Below are positions 50,175-62,334 of a stretch of 64,000 bases of DNA, piece by piece (position 1 is the stretch's first letter; each line of letters starts with the position of its first letter). The stretch comes from Peribolospora baueri (lineage: Eukaryota). The notes under the pieces are model-generated. The model was not told the DNA's origin. It searched no databases and worked only from the letters and a program-made list of their open reading frames with translations. The translations under genes were made by a program, and so were the position numbers. The stretch covers positions 1-64,000 of the forward strand of contig JAMDHS010000047.1 of the NCBI GenBank assembly GCA_029717555.1, written 5' to 3'.

Positions 50175-53100
50175 TCATTGTTGCGGCGCTGTATTGCCCA
50201 TCGCGTTCATCGAGTTGAGCGAGGCGGCCCTACCAGGTGTCGAACGAAGGATGAGAAACGCGGTTTCCAACGACAGAGAAACGAGAACAAAAAAGTCAAT
50301 GGAAAGGAAGACTCACCAATCGTCTAAATCGAGTAGGGAAGGCGGCCAAAAGTTGGACAGGAACTCGCCCTCGCCGTTCACGCCCTCTTCCACGCCCGCT
50401 CCCGCTTGGCCTTGGCCGGCCTGTGGCACATTTTGCGATTGGGAGGGTGGGAACATGTGGGCCATCGCGGCCGACGAGTCCGACATGGAGGGAATAAACG
50501 TCTCCGATTCAGCCATCAGCGCCGTCGATCCATCCGCCGACAGACCAAAGCCGGACATGTTGTACATGTCCCCGAAGCCGTTGGGGACGGGCCCGACGGC
50601 GAAGACGGGCGCTTGCATGTGAGCCTGCCGCCCCTGTCCGTGCAGTGGATTCGGCGGGACCGACTGTTGGCCCGACTGGTGCTCCGGGGTGAGTGGTGGG
50701 ATGAGCGACGCAGAGGTATCGGAAGGTCCTCCGCCGGCGGCCGAAGGGGCGCTCATCGACGAAGACGTGGACCGGCCCGTCTTGGGGCTCGAGTCGGACG
50801 AGAAAGCGGAGGTGGCGGCCAGGTCGGCGGTGTTGAAGGGCAGGGGTACGACGCGCGATGTCGAGGGTCGACTCCCTCCTCCCCCTCCTCCTCCTCCTCG
50901 GCGGGACGGCTTGGCGGTCACCTTGCGTCCGCCGCTCGCCGAGGAACCGGCGGGCGAGTCGCCGGGTGCGCTGGTGTTGGGAGACTCGGACACGTCATCC
51001 TCCTCACGCTCGCGCTTGACGCCGTGATGCTCCGCGCGGGGAGGCATGGGCACTTCGCAGAGCTCGGCGAGCTTGGAGAGGACATCGTGGCACTTTCCGG
51101 CTATTTGGAAGCTGTGTCGGCGGGACGACGAGCCAGGCGAGCGGGTTAGGCGCAAGAAAAGGCGAGAGACGAAGCAGGCAAAAAAAGTCAGCGACGACCG
51201 GCCTCGAGAAAAATGGGTGAAAAAGACGACGAATGGATGGATGGAGAGCTCACCGGTCTTCAAACTCCTCCAACACCTTGATGCACTTGGTCACATCCCC
51301 CATCGCGCTCGGCGAAGGGTTCACGCCCGACTTTTTAGCGCCCCATATGTTGAGCATGAGCATGCAGGCGGCTTGAAAGGCCTGGAAGAGAAAGTCAGGC
51401 TGACTGAAGAGGAGGAGTTTGCGTTTGCGGAGGTTGTCGCAGACGTGGGCCGTCGAGCGAGCCGCGTTGGTGCAGATGGCAAGAGAAGGGAAATTGAGCG
51501 GCGAGGGCTTCTTGGGGCTAGGAATGAAGGGCCGATGGATGAAGACCTGCAACATGTAATACTGAGAATAAAGCTCAGAAGAGTCGGACAGGATCACGTC
51601 GTCGGGATGCTCCGCTCGGTACTTGAGGTGTTCCGGCACCGAGTCGAGCCACGCGTTGACCGCCGAGTCGAGCTCTGCGACGATGAACTGGTCCCAATGT
51701 CTGCGTCGCCAGCAAGGCGCGAGAACGGGAAGTGGAGAAGTGAGCGGGGAAAGGTGCGAAAGCGGCGCCGGCGCGGACACTCACGGTCCCGTAAAACCGC
51801 GAATGGCCTTGGCCTTGTCGATAGCATAGATGGTACGCAGAGTCCTTCCAAGGATCTGCAACAGCCGGACGAGGCAGATGAACGTGGCTATCCGGGCCGG
51901 CTTGCCCGGCGGCTGGACAAACTTGCCGTCGACGGGGTTGTCGAGGTAGTCGTCGTCGACCTCCACGGGTAGTTCGATGTCGAAGCTGGGGGATTTCAAG
52001 TGAGCAACCGGTGAGCTGGCGGGAGGAAACAAAACAAAAACTAAAGTCGCTACTCACTCCTCGTCTTGGATACACATGGGACGGCCGAGGCCTGCGCTTA
52101 ATCTCCTACGCGCATGGAGGGGAGACGAAAAGGTGAGCGCCAGCTCGACGATGACTAACTCTCCATCGTCGCGGGAGAAGAGACGCACCTGTCAAGAACG
52201 TAGAGACACCAAAAGATGCGTTTCCTCATCTCGTACTCGAACGGGGTGATGGCCATCTTCTTGCTCGCCTTGCGGTGCATTCCCGCGTCCTGAAGGATGC
52301 GCATGGCGATGCCGGTGATGGCCCATGCGAAGGCTGGCGAGGAGGGCAGGAACATGAGGAAGACGGATGCGATGACCATGAATTGGAGGGAGGGGATGGT
52401 AGGATACATGAACAGCGACATGCCGCGCATATTGATTTTCCTGTGGGGCGGCAAAATAAAAAAAAGGGATGACCAAAAGCGGACCGACGGTGACAACGAG
52501 CGAGGGGCCCGGCGACGGTCAACGGACGACGGGTGGCTCACCTCGTCTCCATCAAGAACTTAACACCAGCAGAATGCTTAAGCTTATCATCCGGCGAGGC
52601 CAAAACACGAGGATCGTCGGAGTACCGACTAGCGAGGGCAAAGACAGAAAAGGCGACCATGGCGAACGACGACTTGCGACGCTTTTCGTCGTTCCTCCAG
52701 TCGCGCAAAAAGGTAGGCCGGTGAAGGACAGGCATGAGAGGGTGGCAGCGTTGGAAGTAGATGTCGATCAACGACTCTGCCAAATCTTCGGCCGGCCACT
52801 CTGGCTCCGAATACGGTTGTTCGGGACAATCGAGATCGGTCAAGGGAAAACTCGACGTCGCCCAGAACTCGGGTCGGGCGGCGGAGGCGAAGACGGAGCC
52901 GTCGACGGACTCTGGCGCGGAGAGCTGCTCGAGCTGTTTGATGAGTCGGTAGCCGCTCGACTTGCCGACGTAATGGCGGCCCGGCGTGGGCGGCTCGCCT
53001 GGGCCTCCCTGGACGTGGACGCCGGCGATCTTCTCCGTCACGAAATCCAACTCGTCCTCCGAGTCGGATACTTGGGACATCGAGGCGGAGCGCGAGTGAG

Positions 53101-53484
53101 CGTCTGGGTAGGAGAGGTCGTCGCAGAAGCCGCGCATCAACCGTTGCGACGGCTCAAGGCTGGCGGCTGCGCCATCCGTGCCGGTGACGAAGGTGGAAGG
53201 GTCGTCGTCTCGGCTGACGGGCTTGCCGACATTTTCCGTAAAATCGACGCCGGGGGCGAGGGAGGCGAGCAAGTGCTCCATGCGCTCCATTCGAGCTTCG
53301 AGGGCGTCGACGTAGCTGTAGGAAGGAGAGTGTATGAAGGAGGAGAGTCAAGGTGAGCGGGAAGGTTGGCAAGGGGGAGGCAATCGACGGCGATGCGGAA
53401 GAGGGGAGGCGCACCCTTTAGGGGGCGTCCGCTTCTTGGCGGCGTCGACGAAAGTGCATTCGTGACCGTACGCCGAGCTGAACG

Positions 53485-53520
<36 letters not shown>

Positions 53521-54235
53521 GATCAGCAAGGCAACCACGAAAAAGAGGATGACGGGCGGGACTGACCAATTGGAGCACTTCTCCCTATTGGGATAAACAC
53601 CAAAGTCGCATCTGATCTTCTTCTTTCGGCAGACCTGCGTGGGGGAAGGGGATTAGATAAGGAGAGGTGAAAGGGAGACGATTTGCAACGACAACGGCAC
53701 TCACGTCACATGCCCTGAGAACCCTCCTCCTCTTACTCTTCTCTCCCGCTTCGCCCGCCGTCCCGTCCTCAACGGCGGCAGCGGCGGCGGCCTGGGCCGC
53801 CGAGGAGGAAGAAGCGGACGGCGGCGGCGGTCCATGGGGCGGACCTTGACCTTGACCTTGACCTTGACCGAGTGAGCCACCACCGTCCGGGCCAGTTCCA
53901 TTAGTCGCGATAAGTCCAGCAAAGAACTCGCGAGCCTGTGCATCGGAAGGGGGTCCATTAGCGAGGTAGGCCTGGAGGGTGTCTGGGTAGGATGTGAAAG
54001 TGCCTTCTGTCATGTTTATCGATGAGGAAGGGGGTTTGTTAGCGGCGGCGGCGGCGGTAGAGGAGGGCCCGGCTTGGGCGGCGGAAGAGGAGGCGGAGGC
54101 TTGTCGCGAGTGAGGGTGGAAGAGCCGCTGGTTGTGGTTGTGGTGCTGGTGCTGGTGCTGGCTGGCGAAGGCGCCGGCCTGGAGGAAGGGGGACGCGGGG
54201 ACGAATGGGTCGCGGTAAGGTGTGCCGCCGGCCAT
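50175..54235 (-). CDS. Zn(II)2Cys6 transcription factor with fungal middle-homology region
   Basis: RRRVLRACD|VCRKKKIRCD..EKCSNC|SAYGHECTF, coiled coil LEARMERME, LIDIYF..HPLMPVLHRPTF, RILQDAGMHR..EMRKRIFWCLYVLDR, GRP, FDIELP. Confidence 0.92.
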
Positions 54236-56423
54236 GGCGGTGACAGTGGTGACGGTGACGGTGGTTGACGATGGAAACGGAACGGTGCCAGTGTATTATT
54301 AGGACGAGACGATGGCCGTGTATTATTAGGGGCCGGAGGGAGATCGACGATCGCGAAGAGTTAAACGGTCGGTCGGTTGGAGTCGGAGATTGCGTGGAAG
54401 TGGAGCGTCGAGTCGAGCGCGTGCCTGGCTGGGCCGACGACGTTCCTGGGCCCCGTGTCGAATTGCGGGCGGCCCTCGAGGGAGGAGAGGACGACGGACG
54501 GCGATGGGCTGGTCAGGAAGACGGAGGGTAGAAGGGAGAGAAAGAAGTGGACGGGATCGTTGGGCCGCGGAAAGAAGCCGAGCTCGGCCGAGAAAGGCAG
54601 GAGGGGCCTTTCTCGCCTTCTTTCCTTGTGTTACTGACGAGTGGATGGCAGGGTGAGGACGAAGTGGTGGGCTTCTGGTAGGGAGATGGGAAGACGTAAC
54701 GCGATAACGAGGACGGGAGGCGCAAGATAGGAAGGACGGAGGGCGTAGAAGACGTGGGATCGACGGTGGCCGCGCTGGTTGCACAGGTGGTGGGGGCCGA
54801 CGAGAAGGGACGGTGGGCGGCGGGGGTGAGGGTGGTGGTGATCGTCGCGGTGGTCGTCGTCGACGGCGAAAGGAAAGACGGCGGATGGAGGTGGGAGAGG
54901 GCAAGGCAAAGAGGCGGCAAATGAGATGTGCGGATCGATGGATGATGATGGGATGAGATGGAATGATGATCTGATTTGTACGACCTTTGATTTGTACGAC
55001 CTTTACGACACGCCCTCCGACGTCCCACTCGAGTACAAGCGCTTGGCAGAAGGGCAGGCTGGCCAGCAAGCAGATCGACGACCACGACGGCTTCTTCGGC
55101 TCGTCGTCGTCAGAGCACACCGCACACATGTTTCCGTCGCAGCTTAGGACGGGGAGGAGGACGACTTGTTGGCGTACTCCTTCGTGTTTTTGGCCTGTCC
55201 CTGAACCGCTCGTCTGTCTTTGCATAGCACAGCCGCTACCTCGCCTCGCCCGCGCGGCGCACCCCATCGCCCATCGCCCATCGCTCATCGCCCATCAACC
55301 ACGACGCCGGCCGAGCCGGGAGGGACACGTAAGCGGAGGTGAGCTTAGCGCTATGTAAGACTAGACTGGCAACGCACGCGCGCCCTTCGGCGCCGCCGCC
55401 GTCTTCTTCGCCTCGTCGTCGGCCGCCGTCTTCACCCGTCGCCCGTTGTTCCACCTTGGCGTCCCCGATTCGTCCTCCGTCCGTCCATCCGTCTCCTGCC
55501 AGCCCTGCCGCCTGCCTACACAGGCGGTGAGACGCTTATTAGACTCGGCAGGCTCGTGGATAACACCGTGTCTTATCTTGTCTTGTCTTGCTCGTCTAGC
55601 CAGCCCAGCCCGCCACACACCGCTCCGAGTGGATACGAGTCGGGCGTTGCGAAGGAGGTAGAGGTAGACGCCCTCCTTCTCCCTTCCCTGTCCATCTCAT
55701 CATCTGGAGAACGTCTTGTGATGAAGCGACAGCACGACCTCTCCCGTTACACAGACAGCGCCGGTGCGACCCCCCAGACCGGCCGAGCGCTGCGGTCTGT
55801 GTATAGTGAGCAGTGACCAGTGCCCTCCGCACAACCTTCCTTCCCCTCGCCCTCGCTTTCGGGGCCGTTCACATAGATCGTCCGTACGGAACTCGGTCGA
55901 TGCCGTATATCCGTCCATCTCACATGGCTACTCACCCCAGAAACTTTACATTCCTTTCTCTCCTTCCATCCCCTCTTCGCTCGCAGATCGTTTTATCTCC
56001 TTCCATCCCCTATTCCCTCATAGATCCTTACAACCGAACCCACGTCCACCCGTACGGCCGAGTAACGAACGGGCACGGCCGAAAGAAAAACCTCCAAGCC
56101 CGCCTCGCCTCGGGTCGATATCGATATCGCCGTCGTTGTCCGACGCTCCCTCACGTCGGTACCAGTACCAGTGCTGCCTCACTCGCTGCCCGCCGGACCG
56201 ATGACGATGACGTGCTCCATATCATGTCGATCCACATGTCTGTTCGTCGGTCGGTGTTGTCTCGACAAGACAGTCCATCTATCCATCTATCTGCAACGAC
56301 GCCCACCTAGCGTGCTCTTTTCTCGCGTGCGCTCGCTCGCCATGGAAAGGAGTCCCTGCGCGTTCGCTCGGCGATTGTCGGGGCGTACTCGGCCGTACTT
56401 TCCCACCTTCCGTCCTGGGCCAA

Positions 56424-58154
56424 CCGGGCCCCAGTAGCTCGCTGAAGCTTTGGCCGTCCAGCCAAAGATGAACAGGCTGATGGGCGGGATCCGGCAACCC
56501 AAAAGGGCGATTTCGAGGCGCGTCTCGGGCACCAAGGTGCCGGTACGTACGAAGCAGGGCAGGACGACGTAGCGTTGGTAGCACGCGTAGAAGATGTACG
56601 CCAAGACGCCGGAGACGAGGAGAGAGAGGAAGGGAAGACCTTGTTCGCCCAGGTTGAAGTGGAACTGATCGACGAACACTAGGGGGAAGGCCTCGAACCA
56701 GACTGCGCCCGAAGGAAGGGAACGAAGCCAGCCAGCTCCGGTCAGTCGCCGAGCGCGGCTCGATCAGATAAGATAGATGACTCACCGTAAAAGATATGCG
56801 AGACCGATGTAGAGGTTAGCAAAGAAGACGGCAGGCTCAAGGGCGAGTTGTATCGGACGGAGAAGGGCCTCGAACAGGGCCGATGAGGTGGAGACGTTGG
56901 ACTGCTTGAGTTCGCCCTCGGTCACGTACCGCTTGTCTCTCGCGCGCTTGCGAATGCGCTGGGCGCGTCTGTGGAGGATGGTAGGGCCAAAGGTCTCGGG
57001 AAGGACGAAGAGGAGGACGAGGAGGGCGAGGCCGGAGATCATCAACATGATCCAAAGCGTTCAGCGCCAGCCGACGTTCATCGCTGCGAAGCCGCCCATG
57101 ACGGGTCCCAAAACGGGTCCCATGACGGCCGCGCATGCCCACAGACCGACGACTGAAAGGGGTTAGAAAGGCGAGGACGCGAAGACGAGTTGAGCGCTCC
57201 TTCCATTTATTATTATTATTACGGGGGTGCCAGCTCACCGTAAGGAACCTGTATGGAAGACCAGATGTCTTGGATCGAAGCTCCGCAGATGGACAGGGCG
57301 GGGGAGCCAAAGAATCCGCTGAGGAAGCGCATGGCCATGAGCGTGCTGTAGTTCTTGGAGAGCGCGGCGGGGATCTGGACGGCGACGAAGATGGCGAGGG
57401 TGGTGACGTAGAGGACGTTGCGGCCGAGGGGGAGCTCGCTGAGCGGGGAAAAGACCATGGGCGAGATGGCATTGCCGAGCACGAACAGGCTCAGACCGAG
57501 CTCGGCCTTGGTGAGCGAGACGTTGAACCCTTCTATACGCCTGGGATGGAGGAAGTGTATATCGCCGAGCCTATGTATATGGAAAACGTCTGCGCGACGG
57601 AAAAGAAGAGGATGGGAACGGTGAGTCCGCGCGTGTCCTTCACAGACGGCAGACATGCAAGCTCACCAAAAGACATATGCCCGCGCTGACGATGCACTTT
57701 TGGAGGAACGACCAGTTCTGTGGGTTGTCCGGATCATCGTCGCCATACCTGCCGACGATCATCGGTTCGAAATCGTCATCGACAACGGTGGAACAGGTCG
57801 GCTCTGGAGACGAGGCGGCTTTGCTTTCTCGTCGACCTCGTCCGCCTTCTCCCCTTGCTCTTTCGCGTCTTTGCAGGCCTCGACGTCGACGTCGACGACA
57901 GAGTTGGCGGCCGTGCCGAGAGCGGTGCTCAGGCCGGTCGCAGGCGGAGGTACGTGAATGGGGTACGCACGCGAAACCGATGCCTCCTCGTCGTCGTCTC
58001 GAGCGTCCCGCGCGGGCTTCAAAGTGGGCCTCGCAAAGAGGTGCGCCGCCGGGACTTGCCAGTCGGGCTTCTGTTCCGGGTATGGCAAGATGCGGCCACG
58101 GGAGACCCAGTTAAGGAGCTGACCAACGGTCGATTCGCGGAAGAGGTCCGTCAT
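56424..58154 (-). pseudogene. DHA1-family MFS multidrug transporter pseudogene, 5' part (inverted)
   Basis: MTDLFRESTVGQL, DPDNPQNWS, FSPLSELPLGR, MRFLSGFFGSP, LPETFGPTIL, PETRL, IFGWTA..WGP. Two frameshifts and an in-frame TGA at 57061-57063; homology ends at ~56424. Confidence 0.85.
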
Positions 58155-58323
58155 GGGCCTGGTCGAGACGGATGGAGGCAAGGTCTGGTGGGGGCGTTCC
58201 GACCGGGCGTTGCGACCTAAGGGACGAGGGGTCGGGTCAGGACAAGCGCGTGCCATGTGCTCTTTATTATACCTGCGCGGGCCTGGTCTGGCCTGGCGAG
58301 GGTGAAGGAAAGCTGTCGGAGCG

Positions 58324-58349
58324 AAAAAAAAAAAAAAAAAAAAAAAAAA
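58324..58349. repeat. Poly(A) homopolymer of ~26 nt
   Basis: Read directly; about 20 nt from the inferred inversion breakpoint. Confidence 0.9.
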
Positions 58350-58370
58350 CGCAGGAGCGATGATCACCAA

Positions 58371-58637
58371 CCCGGACTACGCGGCGAGCGTGCTGGCCTC
58401 CAACACCCTCGTCCGCTCCGTCTTCGGAGCCGCCTTCCCCCCTTCTTCGCCCGCGCCATGTACGACAAGCTCGGCATCGCCGGAGGATGCTCTCTCCTCG
58501 CCGGCCTCAGCATCTTTATGATCCCCTTCCTCTACGCCCTCTACCGGACCGGCGCCCGACTCCGCTCTTGGTCCAAGTACGCCACGGCGTTGAAACCTGC
58601 ACTCATTCCGCTAGACTTAGATGTAGATGATATATAG
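58371..58637 (+). pseudogene. DHA1 MFS transporter C-terminal fragment (last two TM helices)
   Basis: PDYAASVLASNTLVRSVFGAAFP (frameshift in a C run) FFARAMYDKLGIAGGCSLLAGLSIFMIPFLYALYRTGARLRSWSKYA...*; no upstream coding sequence on this strand. Confidence 0.85.
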
Positions 58638-58791
58638 ATATAGATATATGACTTGGGAGACGAACGTCACCATCGCGTTCGATTTGCAGCGGGGAGCATC
58701 TCTATCTGACGTTTTTTTCCTTTCCCGTCCGCTTCCCCCCTTCCTACGTACAAGTCGAAACCGAAATCGGGACCCTCCCTCCCTAGCTAGC

Positions 58792-58847
58792 CCTTCCTTC
58801 CTTCCTTCCTTCCTTCCTTCCTTCCTTCCTTCCTTCCTTCCTTCCTT
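58792..58847. repeat. (CCTT)n tetranucleotide microsatellite
   Basis: About 14 units, read directly, just 3' of the citrate synthase stop. Confidence 0.92.
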
Positions 58848-58860
58848 CCCTCTTTCCCCC

Positions 58861-61079
58861 TTACTTCTTCCCATCCAGAAGGGCCTCCAGCGCATCGAGC
58901 GACATCGACTTGGGCCTCTCGATCGGCAGTCCGAGAGCGCGAGACCAGACGAGGCTGTCAGGTGTCGGGCGGGAGAAGGAATAACAAAGACAACGATTGG
59001 AGTCAGAGAGATGGTCCGCCACTCACTCCCCCCCCCGCCTTCTTTTTCTCATCTCAAGAAAACAACCACGAGAACTCACTTGCTCAGTGCGCCCAAGGCC
59101 CGAGAAACGCCAAAGACGACAGTGTAATAGCTGAACTCGATCATGCCGTAGTGGTAAAGCACGCAGCCTGACTGGGCGTCCACTGTGGGTAGGTAGGGAA
59201 GGGTGACAGGGACAGACAGCAAGGAAAAAAAGGTTCAGTCCAATCAGACCGTGTGAGACTGAGGAGCTTACGCCACGGATGGACAGGGGCCACGTAGAGA
59301 ACCCTCACTCACCGTTCGGGTAGGGGTTCCTGTGAGACGTCGGGCAGAGGGAAAACGATGGCGATTCGCGTCAGTCATTCAATCCATGCCATGCCCGACG
59401 CGTCCGCTGACACTCACTTGGCCTTGCCGTGCTCCAACAACACACCCGGCGCCACCTCGCTGGTCTTCTTGACGAGAGCCACGATAGAGCTCTCCCTCAG
59501 CTCGTTCACGCCATCACAGAACTTGCTCAGAGCGTCGAAGCGAGGATCAGGGAAGCGCAGGACGGCGTGACCGTAGCCGGGAACCACCTGTCCGGACTTG
59601 AGCGTGGACCAGAGATAGGCCTTGATGTCTTCGTGCGACGCGTTGGGACCGACTTTGGATTGCATTGCGAGCATCCAGCGAAGGACTTCTTGGTTGGCGA
59701 GGCTGAGGGAAAGAGCGCGTGCACGTGGGTGAGTGCAATGGAGCTTCGGAGGTGCGGGCCCGGTTAAGCGGACGGAAGGATGATTATGTTACGAGAAAAT
59801 CCTTACCCGTGCAGAGGACCAGCGAGACCAAGCAGGGCAGCAGAGTAGGACAGGAAAGGGTCCGAAAGGGCCGAACCGACGAGGTCTGCGAAGCAAAGGC
59901 GGGAAGAAGAGCGAGAAAAGGATCGACACGGTGAGCGGTGTATGCCGCTACGACGAGCAGAAGGCGGCCCTCGCAAACTGGAAGTACCGGCACTCACGCG
60001 TGGTGTGGGCACTAACGTTCCCACCCTCGTGGTCGCCGTGCAAAGCAATGTACAGCCTCAAATAGTCGGTCATGTTGACGTTGCCTCCGTAGCCAATCAT
60101 CTCCGAGTAGTTACCGATCAAGTCTTTGCTCTTGTCAATGACTTGCTCCGCCGATCCCTTGCCAAAGGTGTTGTGGTAGATCCGAGCCGCCAAGGCCGGG
60201 AGTTTGGCGATGAGGGAGAGCGAGTCTTGCAGCGCGGGCTGCCAGTACTCGGACTTCTTCATGCCCTTTTCGTAGGAGGACGCAAAGACGGAGTCGTGGT
60301 TCAGTGCTGCCACCGAGGCGGACAGCTGGGTCATGGGGTCTAGAGGGAAATCGGCGAGCAAATCGGGCGTCTGAGTGCGGCGAAAGAGAAACACAGGTGG
60401 TCTGACATACGGATAAGGAGAATCGACTCACGCAGCGACTTGGGGAACGAATCGATGACCTTCTTGACATAGTCTGGCAGCTCCCCCTGCTCAGCGAGCT
60501 CCCTGCTGAGGCCCTTGACTTGCTCCACGCTCGGCACCTGGCCGGTGAGGAGGAGCCAGAGCATGCTCTCCGGAAGCATCTCCTTGCCTCCAAAACCGGC
60601 GTCTGCAGCCGTGGGGAGCTCCTTCTGACATTCGGGGATGGACCTGCCGTGGAAGGCGATGCCACGCTGAGGGTCGAGGACCGAGCCTTGCCAGAGCATG
60701 ATCTTGAGGCCGCGCATGCCGCCGAGAAGGTTCTCCAGCTTGACATCGCCGAGAGATGAGTCGTTGTGGCGCGCCTTGAGCGACTTGAGCTGTTCTTGCT
60801 TGGCGGGGATGACGTCGGCCAGAGTGTCTTTGAGGGACTGGAGAAGAAAGACGCGATAAGCGTGTGCGTGCAGGGTCAAGCAGGTGCATTCCGTAGCTCC
60901 CTCACCTTGGTCGAGGCGTAGCGCGTGCCCGAGGGGATTTGGCGAAGAGAAGCGGCCCTGAGAGCGGACTGTGGGCGGAGAACCAAGACACGCCGTGTGG
61001 TCAGCCTAGGGCGTGAATGGAAAGGACGAAGAGATGCTCAAGGCCGACGCACCCTGGAAGCGCAAGACGCGGTCAACAT
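58861..61079 (-). CDS. Mitochondrial citrate synthase family protein, 2-methylcitrate synthase-like
   Basis: [105 protein letters not shown]; about 8 introns. Confidence 0.9.
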
Positions 61080-61862
61080 GGCAAGATTTGGATGATTGAT
61101 GCGGGATGGGCGAGGGCTGATGTGGCGAGAAGCAAACGAGGGGCGACGTGAGGGAATGGGGATATATAATGGCCGAAGACGTGCTCGTTCCGGAAAGGGG
61201 CGACGATGAGAAAAAGAGACGGGAAGACGAAGATGGCGGTCAGAACGTGACCTCCGCTGCCCGTCGTCTTCCGACCGGCCCCGCGACGGCCTAAGAGGGG
61301 CTCCGCTCTACCTCGGCGACCCGGTTGCGAAATGTGCCGGTGCCCGGATGCAGGCGGTGGCGGGGTCTTCTTTCTAGGTTAACGATGAGACACCACCGCC
61401 GTATACGGAGGCGATGAACGACAAGGATCGGAAGACGACATGCGACAGGGGACACCAGCTCCGAAGGCCGGCCAGGGCAGGCAGTCCCCCATGTGGTTAT
61501 GTGGTTGATCGAAGGGTCGGCAGCCAGCGGGCGACCTCTCCAGCCGTTTCTGCCGGACGCCCAGGTGCTTCTCTCTATGGACGTGCTTCGCTCTTGGCCC
61601 ACAACGAGAGACGCCGACTCGACGTAATTGGGCGTTGGCGTCCTCGGCTAAGGACGTTGCCCACAGCCCGTGCCCATTTTCTAAGCAATGAACCTCCATA
61701 TCCAGAACCGTGTCCGCTACCGACGCTTCAGACGGCCTCTTCTGCGCCTGACCCCCGAGACCTGACGCCGAAGATGAATGAGGTGCCACATGGAGGCCGC
61801 CGGTACCCCTGTGATCTTAACTATCATTCAAAGTATATAACATGGTGTGTATCCATCAAGAG

Positions 61863-62334
61863 GCATGCCTTACGGATATCTCCGGCTCGGATGTGAGACA
61901 GCTGCTCCGGCGGGGAAGTGATTTCACACGGTGGCCATTTGGCCCAGCCGCGCCCCGGACCCCCTGTGTACTACCATTGCGCCCACGCTCCCTCTTGATG
62001 AATACACACTACTCTGAACCATGGTCAAGATCACATCTGACCTTGCCGCTGATTATGACCTCTCTTTGAGGACGGCAAGTTGCGTTACCCCAGTTTCACA
62101 TGGCCCCAGTTTCACACGGACGCACGGTAACGCAACTTGCCGTCCTCAAGAATAGGTCATAATCAGCGGCGAGGTCATATGTGATCTTGACTATGGTTCA
62201 GAAGTATAGAACGTGGTGTGTATTCATCAAGAGGGAACGTGGGCACAATGGTAGTACACGAGGTTGTATGTGAAATCACACCCCCGCCGGAGCAGCTATC
62301 TCACACCCCAGCCGGAGATATCCGTAGGGCATGC
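61863..62334. mobile_element. Foldback/MITE-like long inverted repeat
   Basis: Arms 61863-62089 and 62126-62334 are reverse complements over ~200 bp (e.g. GCATGCC.TACGGATATCTCCGGCT vs AGCCGGAGATATCCGTA.GGCATGC; GAGGACGGCAAGTTGCGTTACC vs GGTAACGCAACTTGCCGTCCTC), with a 36-nt spacer. The repeat is certain; mobility is inferred. Confidence 0.65.

Noticed and set aside
53487..53512. (GA)n tracts here and at ~49112 and ~62744, plus the A-rich run at 44245-44277
   Set aside because: Ordinary intronic or intergenic microsatellites.
61291..61896. ORFs beside the foldback as a possible transposase remnant
   Set aside because: No DDE, HTH or other recognisable motif.
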